A stretch of 64,000 nt of DNA, from contig OZ336885.1 in the NCBI GenBank assembly GCA_965287045.1, positions 4,092,001 through 4,156,000 of the forward strand, read 5' to 3'. Origin of the DNA: Carcharhinus amblyrhynchos (Eukaryota). Position numbers and translations under genes: made by a program. Of this stretch, positions 25,266-41,397 are shown one piece after another (position 1 is the stretch's first letter; every line of letters begins with the position of its first letter). Below the pieces are notes generated by a model. It did not search any database, was not told the origin of the DNA, and worked only from the letters and a program-made list of their open reading frames with translations.

Positions 25266-27899
25266 TGGTAATTCAATGCTGATATGCCAGAAATAGAAAA
25301 ATATTATATCTCCCATCTTTAATCATATTTCACCTTGACAGAACGTAATTGATCAAAAAAGGGAAAGAAATGGAAAATTGTGCAAATAAATTATTCTGTT
25401 TATATTTTTATTACCTCATAATTTTTGTAGGCACGGCAGAACACTGAATACTATACAACGTAAGTTTGATTAAAAAGTGATTAAAAAGTGGTTATGCAGA
25501 GAAACATCACTAAATATATGAATAAACTTTAAAACATCCCAGCAATTTTCAAGCATTATAACAAAACCTGCAGCTTAGGACTCGCTGTATTTTATCAAAA
25601 GCACACTGCCTCTTACTACAAGAGAACACTTTACTCTTCCCTGTAGGCAATGTATGCTTGGAGAAGATATTTACATATCAGAAATATTGCACCATTAAAA
25701 AAGTAAAAAAGAATGCAATCTCCTACCTGCTAACAGTCTGTTTAGAAGCCCTATGATGTGTAACAGACAGTAAAATGTAACAATACATTTTGGTATAGTG
25801 TCCATGTGTTTTACAGTATATACTGAAATTTTCTAAAAGCAAGATGGCCTCAGGTCAATTGCATACTTTAAAATTAGTATTTATTACACTTTCTGAAATA
25901 AGGATTTATGAATATATTTAAAAATAAAATCTGTATCCTTTTGAAGTGTTACAACCTTCTGTGAAGTTGTATGTTTTAACTAATAGGAACAAGACAATGT
26001 TAGATATAAATATCGTAAAGGCTGCTGACTAGCTCAATGGAATAACGTTATAACAAGTCCTAACCACAACGCTGTTTTACATTTTTTATTTATTTCCTTC
26101 TCTCTTAAAAGTGCCGACTCTGCTAAGTCAGTTTGATGGGCTCTAAGAGCCTGTGTCTCTTCAAAGTCGCCATTTATTACGTGTGAGCATGTACAATGAA
26201 TGTCGGCATGGTATTGGACCGTGATTATCCCCTCTTGAACTGAGCATATAATTGGAGCCTTCAGCTGCAGGGTCACAGTAATCAAAAGCAGGAACCTTAA
26301 GAGCAATCAACCAGTTGCAACAAGCCAACAAAAACTAAAGGAGACATTCAAGGGCCAGACACAATACAGGATATATCTGAAAGACTGATCTTTATGGGAG
26401 AGGTCAAAGTTACAAGGTGCATGAAAGATGACTCTGTAAACAGTGCATAAAAGGTAATTAAGCACATACTTCAGATTAAACCACAATGGTGGGTTAAGGT
26501 GGGCCGGTTCAAACAATTCACAGGCAACTTTATGTAAGGAAATTTAACTTTACACCCCAACAGATGGTATAGATTCCAAGTAAGATCACAACCTTAAATT
26601 ATTTCAAGAATTGTTAGGTTCCGGGCTGTTGGGATTTCTCCAGACAGTGAGCTTGGATGTACCAAAGGGCTCATCGATCCTTTATTGCCACATTGTCAAA
26701 ATTCTAGAACTCCTGACCTTGCAACATTGTGGGAACATTTCCACCACACACTGGTAAAAAAAGACCCAACACTAACCTTCTCATGGGGCAACTGGGAATG
26801 AACAATAAATGATGGCCTTGCCACAAGAATTATTTTCAAAATCATTGTATGGTCCTGTGAACTACTGCCACACTAAATGAAATCAATCAACTCAGCACTG
26901 AGTCTGGGAATTCAAGCTCAGACCACAGTGGGATGCATATCTGTAAAGTTATCCCACCTATGTGCTGCAATTTCAGCACAGAAGCCTTAGTTTACATCAG
27001 TTTACTGAACTTTCCATGATTCTTCTACAAAACAATGTGAGAATTCGCCTCTGATGCTACATTAGGGTTTGCACTTTCCCACATTGTGTTATCTGAAAAG
27101 TTTTTTTCCGAAAGTGTAATGATTATTTTGAATACTATAAATTGTTGATCCATTACACATCAAAAAAACTGCATAACTCCATGACTGCCAATCTACACTT
27201 ACCAAAGTTTATCATGTCAATTATTCAGCCTCAGAATATTTGCATCATATCAGGGATTTGTATTGCATTGTAACATCATACATTCTCAGAGCATCAGTGA
27301 TGTTTTGCTGAGGCCCCATGCATGCACAACTCAGTGAATGTGATGCCCAGTCTAATGGGGATCCGGTCTGTGGGAGATTCAGTCTGTCTGCAATGCCTTT
27401 TTTGTGGGATTCCATCTACCTGGATTGCAGTCTTTATGGGATTGTGTGGGATACAATCTGTCTGTATGAGTTCGAGTATAATCTATTTGATGTCCATCCA
27501 GCCTGTGATTGGGTCCGTTTGAGATTCCATCTGTCTGCCACGCAGTCTGCCCAGGATCCACAACGTGTTGCACGTTTTTAGTCACCAGATCCACTCTGTT
27601 TGAGGCAGTCCCAGAGGGACGTGAAGCCACCCTCCCAGCACACACCAACCCTTCTTAAATATATGTTTTAAAATGTTTCAACACAAACTTAACACCAGTT
27701 TCTCCCTGGCCCACAGGTTGACACCATTAGACTGGGACTGGTTTTAATTCTTGCGTGGAAGCCGCGGTTTGACATTCGGTTCATTGATTCAGTGTGGAGT
27801 ATGTTAGGATGCCCTCTATCTAATATAAACACATGCGCTTAAATGCTCTCTAAATGAGGGGTGGCTCGGTCGCTCTCACTGAAATGACATTGGAGGAAT

Positions 27900-30600
<2,701 letters not shown>

Positions 30601-30629
30601 AGAATGCACTCGTTCCCGCAATTCAATCC

Positions 30630-31818
30630 TCCCCTGTAAATAACACACCCTCTCCATTGTAAATAACACACCCCTCTCGATAAATAATACACCCCTCCCT
30701 GTAAATACCACATGCTCTCCATTGTAAATAACACACCCCTCTCGATAAATAATACACCCCTCCCTGTAAATACCACATGCTCTCCATTGTAAATAACACA
30801 CCCTCCCTGTAAATAACACACCCTCCCTCTAAATAAAACACCCCGTAAATCACAGCAACCCAGTAAACACACCCTCCTGTAAATAATACTTTGTCCCCTG
30901 TATGACATCCCCTCTTACAAATAATACAACCCCTCCACTAACAGAAACACAATCTTCCCCATAAATAACATACCCCACCCCATGTAAATAACATAATCCG
31001 TCACTGATAAATAACACCACCTTCCCCTGTAAATAACACCTTCGTAAATACCAGATCACTCCTCTAAATGACATACCCTCTCCTGTAAATACCATATTTC
31101 CTTCTGTAAATAACACACCCTCTCCCCTGTAAATAAAACATACCCTCCCTGTAAATTCCTCTTCCCCAAAAATAATACATCCCCTTCTCTGTTGATAAAT
31201 CACCCTCTCCCGTATGAACATTTCTCCCTGTAAATAACACACCCCTAGCATAAGTAATACCCCACCCCTGTAAAAAACAAAACCCTCGTTGTCAATAACA
31301 CATCTCATCCCACCTAAATAGCATAACACTTCACCTATAAAGAACATCGCTCCTCCTCCATAAATAAGACATCTCTGTAAATAGCATACTGCTACTGTAA
31401 ATAACACACCCCTACCTGTAAATGTCACCCCCCAACCCCTGTAAATAATATCCTGTCCTATGAAAAAAACAACTCTTCCACAGTAACTAACACACACCAT
31501 CCCCTGTAAATAATACATCTCTGCCCATAAACCATCCCCTGGAAATGATACACCCCTCCCCATAAATAAGGCATCACTTCCCTGTAAATAAGACATTCCT
31601 CCCTTGTAAATAACACACCCCCTCCCCATAAATAATACAACCCCTCCACTGTAAATAACAAACCCTCTTCCCCTGTAAATAAAATACCCCTCCTCTGCGA
31701 ATGACACACCCCTCTCATAAAGAACATAACTCCTCCCCTGTAAATAACACCCCCTCCCATAAATAACACATCCACTGCCTGTAAATAACACCCCTGCCTG
31801 TAATTAACATACTCCCTC
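30630..31818 (+). repeat. Degenerate ~20-22-bp tandem array (CCCCTGTAAATAACACA), left part
   Basis: Dozens of tgtaaataac/cataaataa units; an exact 65-bp higher-order period at 30651, 30716 and 30781. Confidence 0.92.
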
Positions 31819-34800
31819 TGTAATGACTTCAACGAGGCCCATGATGTGGACCTAGAGTACAAGCTCCTTGATTAAGGCAATAATGGCTTGTCCAATCAGG
31901 GAGCCCTGCATGTGTACATAATCTGGAGTGGCAGGGTTACTGGCATTCCGAATTTATACTTTTTACGAGGAAGTACCTGTCTGAATGTTGCTGACTATGT
32001 ATGTATATTGATGTTTGTGGAAGGGAGACTGACTTCAGGAGTTATTTCAATGGCAACTAGGTAAAGCACGACCCTGATGGAACTTGCTCGGAATAGTTGG
32101 CCTAAGTTAGAGTAAGCTATTTTTATGCATCGTATGTTTGTTTGGAAAACTAGACTCATTTGACCCTGTCGTTAAGGACTGGACCCAATATGTGGAATGC
32201 ATGTGTTACTTTCTTCGGGCAAACTACATTGTGGCAGACGAAAAATAGTGAATAATGTTCCCGATCGCCTGTGGTATTTCAGCATTTGCTGCTAGTTGGA
32301 GGTTAACGTTCCCTGAGGCACTGGATACTAAAATGTTTCAAGAATTAGCTAAACTGTTCAGTTACTAACGTTACTATTCAAAAACACCTATTAGCTAAAG
32401 CTCAACTGGACTTCAAACAGGAGCTACTGCTGGCCTCATCATTGGAATATGCTGCAGTTGGCGCATATAAGTTCCAAAGTATCCCATTGGAAGTGGACAC
32501 GTAATTCCAGGTCTGCTCACAGCACAACTCTGAAGGAAAGCAAAACTTCGACCAAACAGTTCAATTTCCCTTCAGAATCTTGCCAGGTAAGTGCACTGTA
32601 ATTGTTGCTGATATGCAGAGTGGAAACCGCAAAGGAATCCAACAAGATTTAGGTTTAGAAAAACAACTCATAGGTTCACGCCTTGGAAGGTCCACCTACA
32701 TCTGATTTTGAAGAATTAAATTGCATATCACTGTCCAAATCAGACCCAATCAAATTAAATGTATAGTTAAATGAACACCACTAGTCGACACCAATGTTGC
32801 CATATTGGTGGTCAGAGAATCAGTGTTCCATAAAATACGCTATGGATTCCAGCCTTTAATTTTATGCAAGGCCTCTACAATGCTGAGAACCCAGAGGGGG
32901 CCCTTTGCGAATTGTGGATACAACCTCTGTCCCTGTCTCCTATGAAAGACAATCCGTGGCCAGTGATTGTAGTGGAGGGCTCACGGCCAAATCTAATGGG
33001 GCAAAACCGGTTGTGAGAGATCTGCCTGGATTGGCTCAAAATCTTTCAGCTAGAGAATGGCTGCCTTCATGAAAGCTGTTCAAATACTCTGAAGTTTTCC
33101 AGAAAGGTCTAGGGACTATCAAGGGAGCCAAGGTGTCCTTACATGTTGATCAGGAAGCAATTTCATGATTTTGCAAAGTCTGTTGAGTACTATTTGCCTT
33201 ATGTGAAAAAAACTGGAGAAGAAATCCAAAGACTGGGACATCAAACCAGTCCAATTTGCAGCATGGGCAGCACTGGTCATACCAATTTTGAAGCTGAATG
33301 GATCAGTCCGCGGAGATTTTTAACAAATGGTAAACCATTTCTCATGGCTGGATAAATACCTGATCCCTTGGATCGAGGACCCCACGCACCCTGGACATTC
33401 TCTCTTCCACTTTCTTCCGTTGGGAAAAAGACACAAAAGCCTGAGGTCACGTACCAATCAATTCAAGAATAGCTTCTTCCCTGCTGCTGTCAGACTTCTG
33501 AATGGACCTACCTTATATCAAGTTGATCTTTCTCTATACCCTAGTAGCTATGACTGTCACACAACTTTCTGTATCCTTTCCTTTCCTTCTCTATGAAACT
33601 GTATGCTTTATCTGTATAGCACACAAGAAACAATACTTTTCATGGTATACTAATACATGTGACAATAATAAATCAATCAACACTTACAATTACAGCCAGA
33701 AGAGGATTCCCAGAGGTATGCAACAAATAATACTCAAAAGGTCCTTACCTGGACTGCCATTTGGGGTATCGTCAGCCTGCTCAATTTTCCAGTGTACAAT
33801 GGAAAACATTTTACAAGATCTACCTCAGGTCACCATCTATCTGGATAATGTCCTAATAACAGGAAAAATAAATAAGGGATACCGAGAGAACCTTGAAGTT
33901 CTAAGTCAAATTTTCAAGGCAGGCATACGTCTAAGAAGGAAGAAAGTCTGTATTCTAGGTCCCCCAAGGGATCTGTCTGGGTTACAGAGTAGACAAGGTG
34001 CCATAGATCAAAGGCTTCCATGTCCATCCAGGAGTTAAGAGTGTTACTGGGGTTGGTAACCTACTACGGAAAATTTATACCCAACCTTGCCTCCGTTGCG
34101 GCTCCATTACACCAACTACTGAAAAAGGATCAGCCTTGAGTGTGGTCTCCCAGTCAATTCTTAACAACAATAAAGAAACAGCTATCCTTGTTGAACATTC
34201 TTGCACAATATGATCCCAGGAAAGATCTATTACCGTGCTGCGATGCATCCCCATATGGCATCGAGCAGTATTGGCACATAATTGGTCAAATGGAGAGGAA
34301 CACAAAATTGCATAAACTTTCAGGACCTTGGTTATCGAGCAATGCAATTACGCCCACATTGAGAAAGAGGGGTTGGCAGTGATATTTGGTATAAAACAAA
34401 ATCCCACCAGTACCTTTTAAGGGCAGAAATTCGCAGACCACAAGCCACTACTGGGACTGCTTAAGGAGGATAATGCACCCATAGCTTCAGCCGATGGGCT
34501 TTATTACTGGTTGACTACAAGTATCAATTGGAACACCCTTCAGGAGGCCGAGTCACTAACAAAGATGCCTTGAGTTGGTTACCATTAGCAGACACCCCAC
34601 TGGTGATACCCCTGATGGAACATACTTTAATGACAATGAATTTTTTGGAGATTCTCCCAGTGGCAGTGAATAATATTTGACTCAAAGATCCAGTCCTCAC
34701 TCAATTAAAACAGTTAGTGCTGACGGGGGAGCCAAAAAGCCATAACAGCCTGAATTCGCCGATATTGGAGTCTGAGAGAGAACTGACTGTGGAAGATGGC

Positions 34801-36101
34801 ATATTATTAAGGGGATCAAGAGTTGTCATCCCAAGCCAGGGCTGCTGTCCTATCCTGGCTGAACTTCACCATGGTCATGCAGAAGTCCCCAAAAGGAAGG
34901 TGCTCACAAGGAGCTTTGTCTGGTGGCCGGGCATGGCAATGCTGTACTCATGGGTCAGTGTAAGAAACGCCAACAATGGCAGAAGTTACACTATGGGGTC
35001 CTCTACAACCTTGGGAATGGCCAAGCAGGCCATGCACTCAGAGATGCTGGTTTCTGATAATGGACCATGCCATACCAGCAAGAAATTCATCAATTTTATG
35101 AACTGGAATTGAATTTGACACATTAGGACAGCGTCATGTTAATCATCTAACGGTCTTGTGGAAAAAACAGTCCAGAGCTTGAAAGCAGACTTAAAGAAAT
35201 TGCCTCTTTGGACATCAAACTTTTCACATTATTGTTTGATTGTAGAACAACCCCCCTGCAACTACTGCTGAGTTGCTCATGGGCCAGTGACTCGACAGCC
35301 GATTGAGCCCAATCTTCCCGAACCTGGGAGGAAGGTGCGGGGGGTGGGGGGAGGGAGGGAGGGGGGAGGCATCAATTAGCCGATTGCTAAGCCCACAACA
35401 ACACCAACTATGACAGACACTTAATGACAGGTGATAAAGTACTATTAAGGAGTCATGGGAATGGCCCCACGTGGTTCTACGGTTGACTGGTGGTCAGGAC
35501 CAGTTTGGTATAAAGTCCGTGTAGGGGATGCCACCCTGAGAAAACAGCTGGACCATTTGAGAGCCCTAAGTTCTCAGGCCATGCAGGAACCAACTATTTC
35601 TAGCACATCAGGAGCTTTGGAAAAACTTCCAGGATCTGCCAACTTCTGACTTCTGTCTCCAATACCTGAGTCTGAAATGACACAATGGACTTAGCAGTCG
35701 CCTTACCACCTGAAGAAGAGTGAACCCATGCCTTGGTGATGTACACAAAAGAGATAAACACTGGTTTGCCTCAATCCACCTATGTCAGACACAGATCTTG
35801 AGGAACCAGACCCGGGGCTATAACACCTCAAGGGGTGCTCAAGGTGAACAAACTGCTGAGGTTCGTGGACTTAGATGGAGAGGGATGTAATGACTTTAAC
35901 AAAGCCCATTACATACACCTCTTAGAATATGAGCTCCCTGATTATGGAAGTAATAGCTTGCCCAATCGGGGGCCATGCCTCTGTATATAATGTGGAGTGT
36001 CAGGGTTACTGGCACTCGGGGTTTACATTCTGTGCGAGGAAGTACCTGTCTGAGGAAGTACCTGTCTAATTTGGTGAAGGGACACTGGCCCCTTTATTTC
36101 A
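31819..36101 (+). mobile_element. Degenerate Mag-type Ty3/Gypsy LTR retrotransposon with both LTRs
   Basis: LTRs 31819-32049 and 35886-36101 (TG...CA), 5-bp TSD CCCTC, PBS-like tggcaactagg and a polypurine tract before the 3' LTR. Coding remnants: gag GKLDSFDP..DWTQYVE, RT LPFGVSSA..YLDN, RNase H CDASPYG, integrase LHHGH...WWPGM and SDNGP. Confidence 0.92.
33375..33680 (+). mobile_element. Rex1/Babar LINE tail nested in the Gypsy RT
   Basis: EDPTHPGHSLF...KNSFFPAAVRLLN, ending aataaatcaatcaa. Confidence 0.8.
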
Positions 36102-36420
36102 CCCTCCCCTGTAAATAACATCCCCTTCTGTAAATAAAGCAACCCCTCCACTACAAATAACACATGCCCTCCCCAATAACTAACAGACCCATAAATACTA
36201 TACCCCTCCCTTGTAAATAACACCACTCCCCATAAATAACAGTCCTTCCTGTACATTACGCCCCCTCCCCGTAAATAATCGTTTTTTTATAACCCCACCC
36301 CTGTAACCACTCCCCATAAATAACGCACCCCCTCCTGTTCATAACGCCGCCTCCCCGTAAATAAGAATTTATTTTATAACCCTACCCCTGTCAATAACAT
36401 ATCTTCCCTCTCCATACTAA
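36102..36420 (+). repeat. Degenerate TGTAAATAAC tandem array, right part
   Basis: Same unit as 30630-31818; resumes directly after the TSD. Confidence 0.88.
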
Positions 36421-37271
36421 ACCGGAATCCAGGGGCTGATCTGTGGTGAGTTTGTCGAAGCCAAGATGGTCTGAACTATCCGGCCACATTGGTAGCTTTA
36501 ACATTGCAGTTTTGCAAGGTTTTATAAGTCCACATCGGGTTCCCCTCCCCCCGCCGCACAAACACACAGGAATGTGGTAAGGCAAAGCCCCCCACCCGCC
36601 TCATGTCCCAACATCCCCCGGCCAGTAAAACACAGTCGCTGACTTTCATCTCCAAGATACCTCGCCAAAGTTCGCCGCCTCTTAATTCCCGTTTACACAT
36701 AACATTAAGGGATAAACAGTTGCTTTCAATGTGAGAACCCTTCTCAAATCGCAAATGCCTCGCCGCTGAAATGTATTTTAATTGTAACCTGAGTAGAATC
36801 GGTCGCAGCAGCAACTTGGGGAGAGGAGCAGGTGATGGGAGATTGGGGCAGGAGGTTATGGATGGGCAGGCAGTGCCCATGGACATCTAACCAAAATCCG
36901 CATGGTTTCATCAACCTGTCTCCAGTCAAACGGCTGCAGTTATGATCGATATGAGCCGCCAGGCAGTAATCTTTATTTAATACCGTCTCTCCTGCGTTAA
37001 CTTTTCAATGAATATCTTTCACATTTTTCACAATAAAGTTTTTGCATTCCAACAAATGTCAGTACAGGCAGGAAATCACCCACCGAGAATCGCTGTAAGA
37101 GATTCCAGACAAGCAGTAAAGCCATTTATTAAAATTATAGACTGCTCATATATAATAACCTTTATGTATAGTATAAATAAAAGATGTATCATCTTGAGGT
37201 GGAGTACAACAAACTCTTTTCTCAGGCATTCCCTCTGAATTGAAGGTGAATTACTGGTTGGATGGATTCTG

Positions 37272-37700
37272 AGATGGCTATGACTCTTTCCAACTTTTAC
37301 AGATGCACTATAGAAAGTACTCCTTCTGGTTGTGTCACCACTTGGTATGGCTCCTGCTCTGCCCGAGACCGCAAGGAACTACAAACGGTCATGAACGAAG
37401 CCCAGTCCATCGCACAAACCAGCCTCCCACCCATTGACATTATCTACACTTCCTGTTGCCTCAGAAAAGCAGCCAGCATAATTAAAAAACCAACACATCC
37501 CGGACATACTCTTTTACACCTTCTTCCATCAGGAAAAAGATACAAAAATCTGAGGATATATACAAACCTACTGAAGAACAGCTTCTTCTCTGCCACGATC
37601 AGACTTTTGAATGGAACTACCTCGTATTAACTTGATCTTTCTCTACACCCTAGCTATGACAACAACACTACATTTTGCACCCTCTCCTTTCTCCATGTAT
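37272..37700 (+). mobile_element. Rex1/Babar LINE 3' fragment
   Basis: TLSNFYRCTIES...KNSFFSATIRLLN. Confidence 0.8.
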
Positions 37701-37703
37701 AAT

Positions 37704-38566
37704 ATGATGTCGAGATGCCGGCGTTGGACTGGAGTAGGCACAGTAAGAAGTCTCACAACACCAGGTCAAAGTCCAACAGGTTTATTTGGTAGCACGAGCT
37801 TTCAGAGTGCTGCCCCTTCATCAGGTGAGTGCAGAATTGGGTCACAAAAAGGGCATATATAGACACAGACTAAATTGTAAGATAATGGTTGGAATGTGAG
37901 TCTTAACAGGTAACCAAGTCTTTACAGCTACAGACAATGCGATTGGAGAGAGGGTTAAGCACAGGTTAAAGAGGTGTAAATTGTCTCAAGCCAGGGCAGT
38001 TAGTGAGATTTTGCAAGCCCAGGCAAGTCGTGGGGTTACAGATAGTGTGACATAAACCCAAGATCCTGGTTGAGGCCGTCGTCATGTATGCGGAACTTGG
38101 CTATCAGTTTCTGCTCAGCGATTCTACATTGTCGTGTGTCATGAAGGCCACTTACTCGAAGATCAGAGGCTGAATGCCCTTGACTGCTGAAGTGTTCTCC
38201 GATAGGAAGGGACTACTCCTACCTGGTGATTGTTGAGGGGTGTCCATTCATCCACTGTCATAACGTCTGCATGATCTTGCCAATGTACCACGCCTCGGGG
38301 CGTCCTATCCTGCAACATATCAGGTAGACAACGTTGGCCGAGTCACGAAAGTATATACCGTGTACCTGGTGGATGGTGTTCTCACGTGACATGATGACAT
38401 TTGTGTCGATGATCCGGCACATTTTGCAGAGGCTGCTGTGGCAGGATTGTGTGATGACGTGGTCATTGTTCTCCTGAAGGCTGGGTAGTTTGCTGTTTGA
38501 GAACGCACGGTTGTTTGAAGGCAAGTAGTGGAGGTGTGCAGATGGCCTAGGCGAGATGTTCATCTT
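37704..38566 (-). mobile_element. Penelope-like retroelement 3' part (GIY-YIG endonuclease plus terminal repeat)
   Basis: Cys-rich linker CHSSLCKMC, then SANVVYLICC...AWYIG..QTL (GIY-YIG). The terminal block is shared with 52358-52570. Confidence 0.85.
37793..37827 (-). ncRNA. Minimal type I hammerhead ribozyme motif in the Penelope terminal repeat
   Basis: Minus strand cac-CUGAUGA-a-GGGG cagca CUCU-GAAA-gcUC-gug: both core boxes, stem II, palindromic AGCU stem III and cac/gug stem I. Confidence 0.7.
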
Positions 38567-40099
38567 GGTATTTTCTGCCTATGGCGCACCTCCACTGTGG
38601 GTTTCTGGTAACAAGAGATGCAGAAACTCCAGAAAACGCCACCCTATGACTGTATATGTAACGAATCCATCAACCTAGCTTTGAAAAGGGTGCAAGAGAT
38701 CAGCACAATGGAATTACTGTCAGCAGTTTGCAGTGAACAGTTTGTGGTAATGTCACAGAACTAGTAAGTATCTGCTCCTTCTCTTACTGACACAAAGCCA
38801 GAGGTCTCTCTGGGGTGGAACCTCTAGGGTGAGTGGGAGGTGGGGAGTGCATGTGGTACTGTTGGTGTGTGAGAGGATGAGATCCAAATAATGCAGCATG
38901 GCAGGATCCATGTGAAATTGTTCAATGTCTGTTTTGTACTAATGGCTTTAATGGGCCAATTTTGCTGTCATTGATGAATTAACATTTGATACCGTTGTAG
39001 TTGTCCATAAATCTTCTGTCAGGTTTTGTGTGGTATGTTTCTGACAGCAGACATCCAGAAAGCGCAGAGACGCTCAGAAGGTGCACAGGCCTCCATAAGT
39101 CATCTGGGACCTCTAAAGTGGGCAAATAACTGTGTGTATTCTTAACCAATCAAATTAAGGAATCATTCATGAGCAGCGGCACATTGTCCGAATCAGGAAG
39201 TGTGAGTTAAAATAGTAGTTTTAATCTCAAATCAGCAAAGTGAAATGAGAAGAAAGAAAGATTGGATTGAGATAGAGGAAAAAGGATAGAAAGTCACAAA
39301 TAATTTATTCTTTTTACATCTGAAGTATAATTAAAAGCTGAAAGAATGAGACTCTACTGTGTGGAATTCAGAGCATGTAGATGATACACACAGCGTACAA
39401 TATAAAGATTTCAGAAAATTTGGATGAGTTACTTTGCCAGTACTTTCTAATTGGAGAGGGCAATGGGAGCTAGTACTGCCATGGGAGTACAGTGGGAGCT
39501 AGTACTGGGGGATATAATACCGCACCAGGGCAAAGAGAGTTCAGGGGACACCATTTGGAAAATTACTACTGAATTAGTTAAAGGAGAGTTTAAACTCCAT
39601 TTTACTCAATATTTAGAGTGTTCTGTAATTATAAAGCTGTTTTTATGGTTTAAAGATAACACACTAATAATCAAACTGATATAATAGTACTATCTACCTC
39701 TAGTTGCAAGAATGCTGATGTATAACGCAGATGGTAAATCCCAAGAACAAAGTTTCTCAATGACAACATGCCAAGTAAATCTCTGATCTAGACTAGACGA
39801 CAGATGGTACACAACAACATTCAGCAAAAATTTTGCTAATAATTACTCTGGTATCACTCAGCTCAACTAAAGGGCCATGCAGCACACAAACCTTGGAACA
39901 TTATTCTCAACATAACTGGCAGAATTCTCCGGTGGGATTCTCTGGTCCCACTAGCAGTACATCTCGCCTGTGGGTTTCGTGGCAGCTTTGGGTGGCATCA
40001 ATGGGAAACCCCATTGACAGTGGCAGGACCAGAGAATCCCACAACTAGCAAATAGCATGCCGCCTTCCAGCATCAGGGAGCACTCACCTAGGAGGCCAG

Positions 40100-41397
40100 A
40101 GAATCATAGAAACTAGAAGCAGGAGGAGGCATTTGGCCCTTCGAGCCTACGCCACTCATCTTGATCATCGAATTCAGTATCTTGATTTCCCCCTTCCCCC
40201 CATATCCCTCGATCCCTTTAGCCCCAAGAGCTATATCTAATTTCATCTTGAAATCAGACAATGTTTTGGCCCAACTACATTTGGTGGTAGTGAATTCCAC
40301 ACAATCACCACTCTCTGGGTGAAGAAATTTCTCCTCACCTCAGTTCTAAAAGGTTTTCCTCTTATCCTCAAACTATGACTCCTAGTTCTGGACTCCCTCA
40401 CCATCAGGAACATTCTTTCTGAATCTACCCTGTCTAACCCTGTTAGAATTTTATAAGTTTCTACGAGATCCCCTCTCACTCTTCTAAACTCAGTGAATAT
40501 AATCCTAAGTGACTTAGTCTCTTCTCATATGACAGACCTGCCATCCCAGAAATCAGCCTGGTAAACCTTTGCAGGCCTCCCGCTATAGCAAGGACATTTT
40601 TCCTCAGATAAGGACACCAAAACTGCACATAATACTCCAGATGTGACTTCACCAATGCCCTATATGATTGCAGTAAAACATCCCTAACCCCTCACTCTGA
40701 AGGCTAACATACCATTAGCCTTCTTTACTGCCTGCTGTACCTGCACATTGGCTTTCAGTGACTGATGCACAAGGACTCCAAAGTCTCGTTGAGTATCCAC
40801 CTCTCTGTGGAATTCCCTGCCCAGTGAAACAGTTGAGGCTGAGTCAATGAATGTTTTTAAAGCAAGGATAAATTTTGAACAGTAAAAGAATTAAGGGTTA
40901 TGGTAAGTGGGCGGGTAAGTGGAGCTGAGTCCACTAAAACATCAGTCGTGATCTTATTGAATGGCGGAGCAGCCTCGAGGGGTCAGATGGCCTATTCCTA
41001 CTCCCAGTTCTAATGTTCTCTCAAATTACTCATTTAAGTAATAATCTGTCTTCTTATTATTGCAACCAAAGTGGATAACCTCACATTTATCCACATTATA
41101 CTGCATCTGCCATGCAGATGCCCACACACTCAGCCTGTCCAAATCTCGCTGAAGCATCTCTGCATCCTCCTCAGAGTTCACCCTCCCACCCAACTTTGTA
41201 TCATCTGTGAATGTGGAGATAATACCTTCAGTTCCCTCTTCCAAATCATTAATATATAACATGAACGGTTAACACAGATCCCTGCAGAATCCCACTAGTC
41301 CTTATCTGCCAATCAAAAAAAGTCCCAATTATGCCAACTCTTTGCTTCCTATCTGCTAACCAGCTTTCTATCCATCTTAAGATATTACCTGCAATCT
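40100..41397 (-). mobile_element. CR1 LINE 3' half with a nested plus-strand CR1 tail (~40806-41020)
   Basis: YINDLEEG..FTDDTKLGG and RGDLVETYK motifs. Confidence 0.9.

Noticed and set aside
30630-31818. CRISPR-like repeat/spacer appearance
   Set aside because: Eukaryotic context, ~21-bp units with no unique 30-40-bp spacers, and no cas genes.
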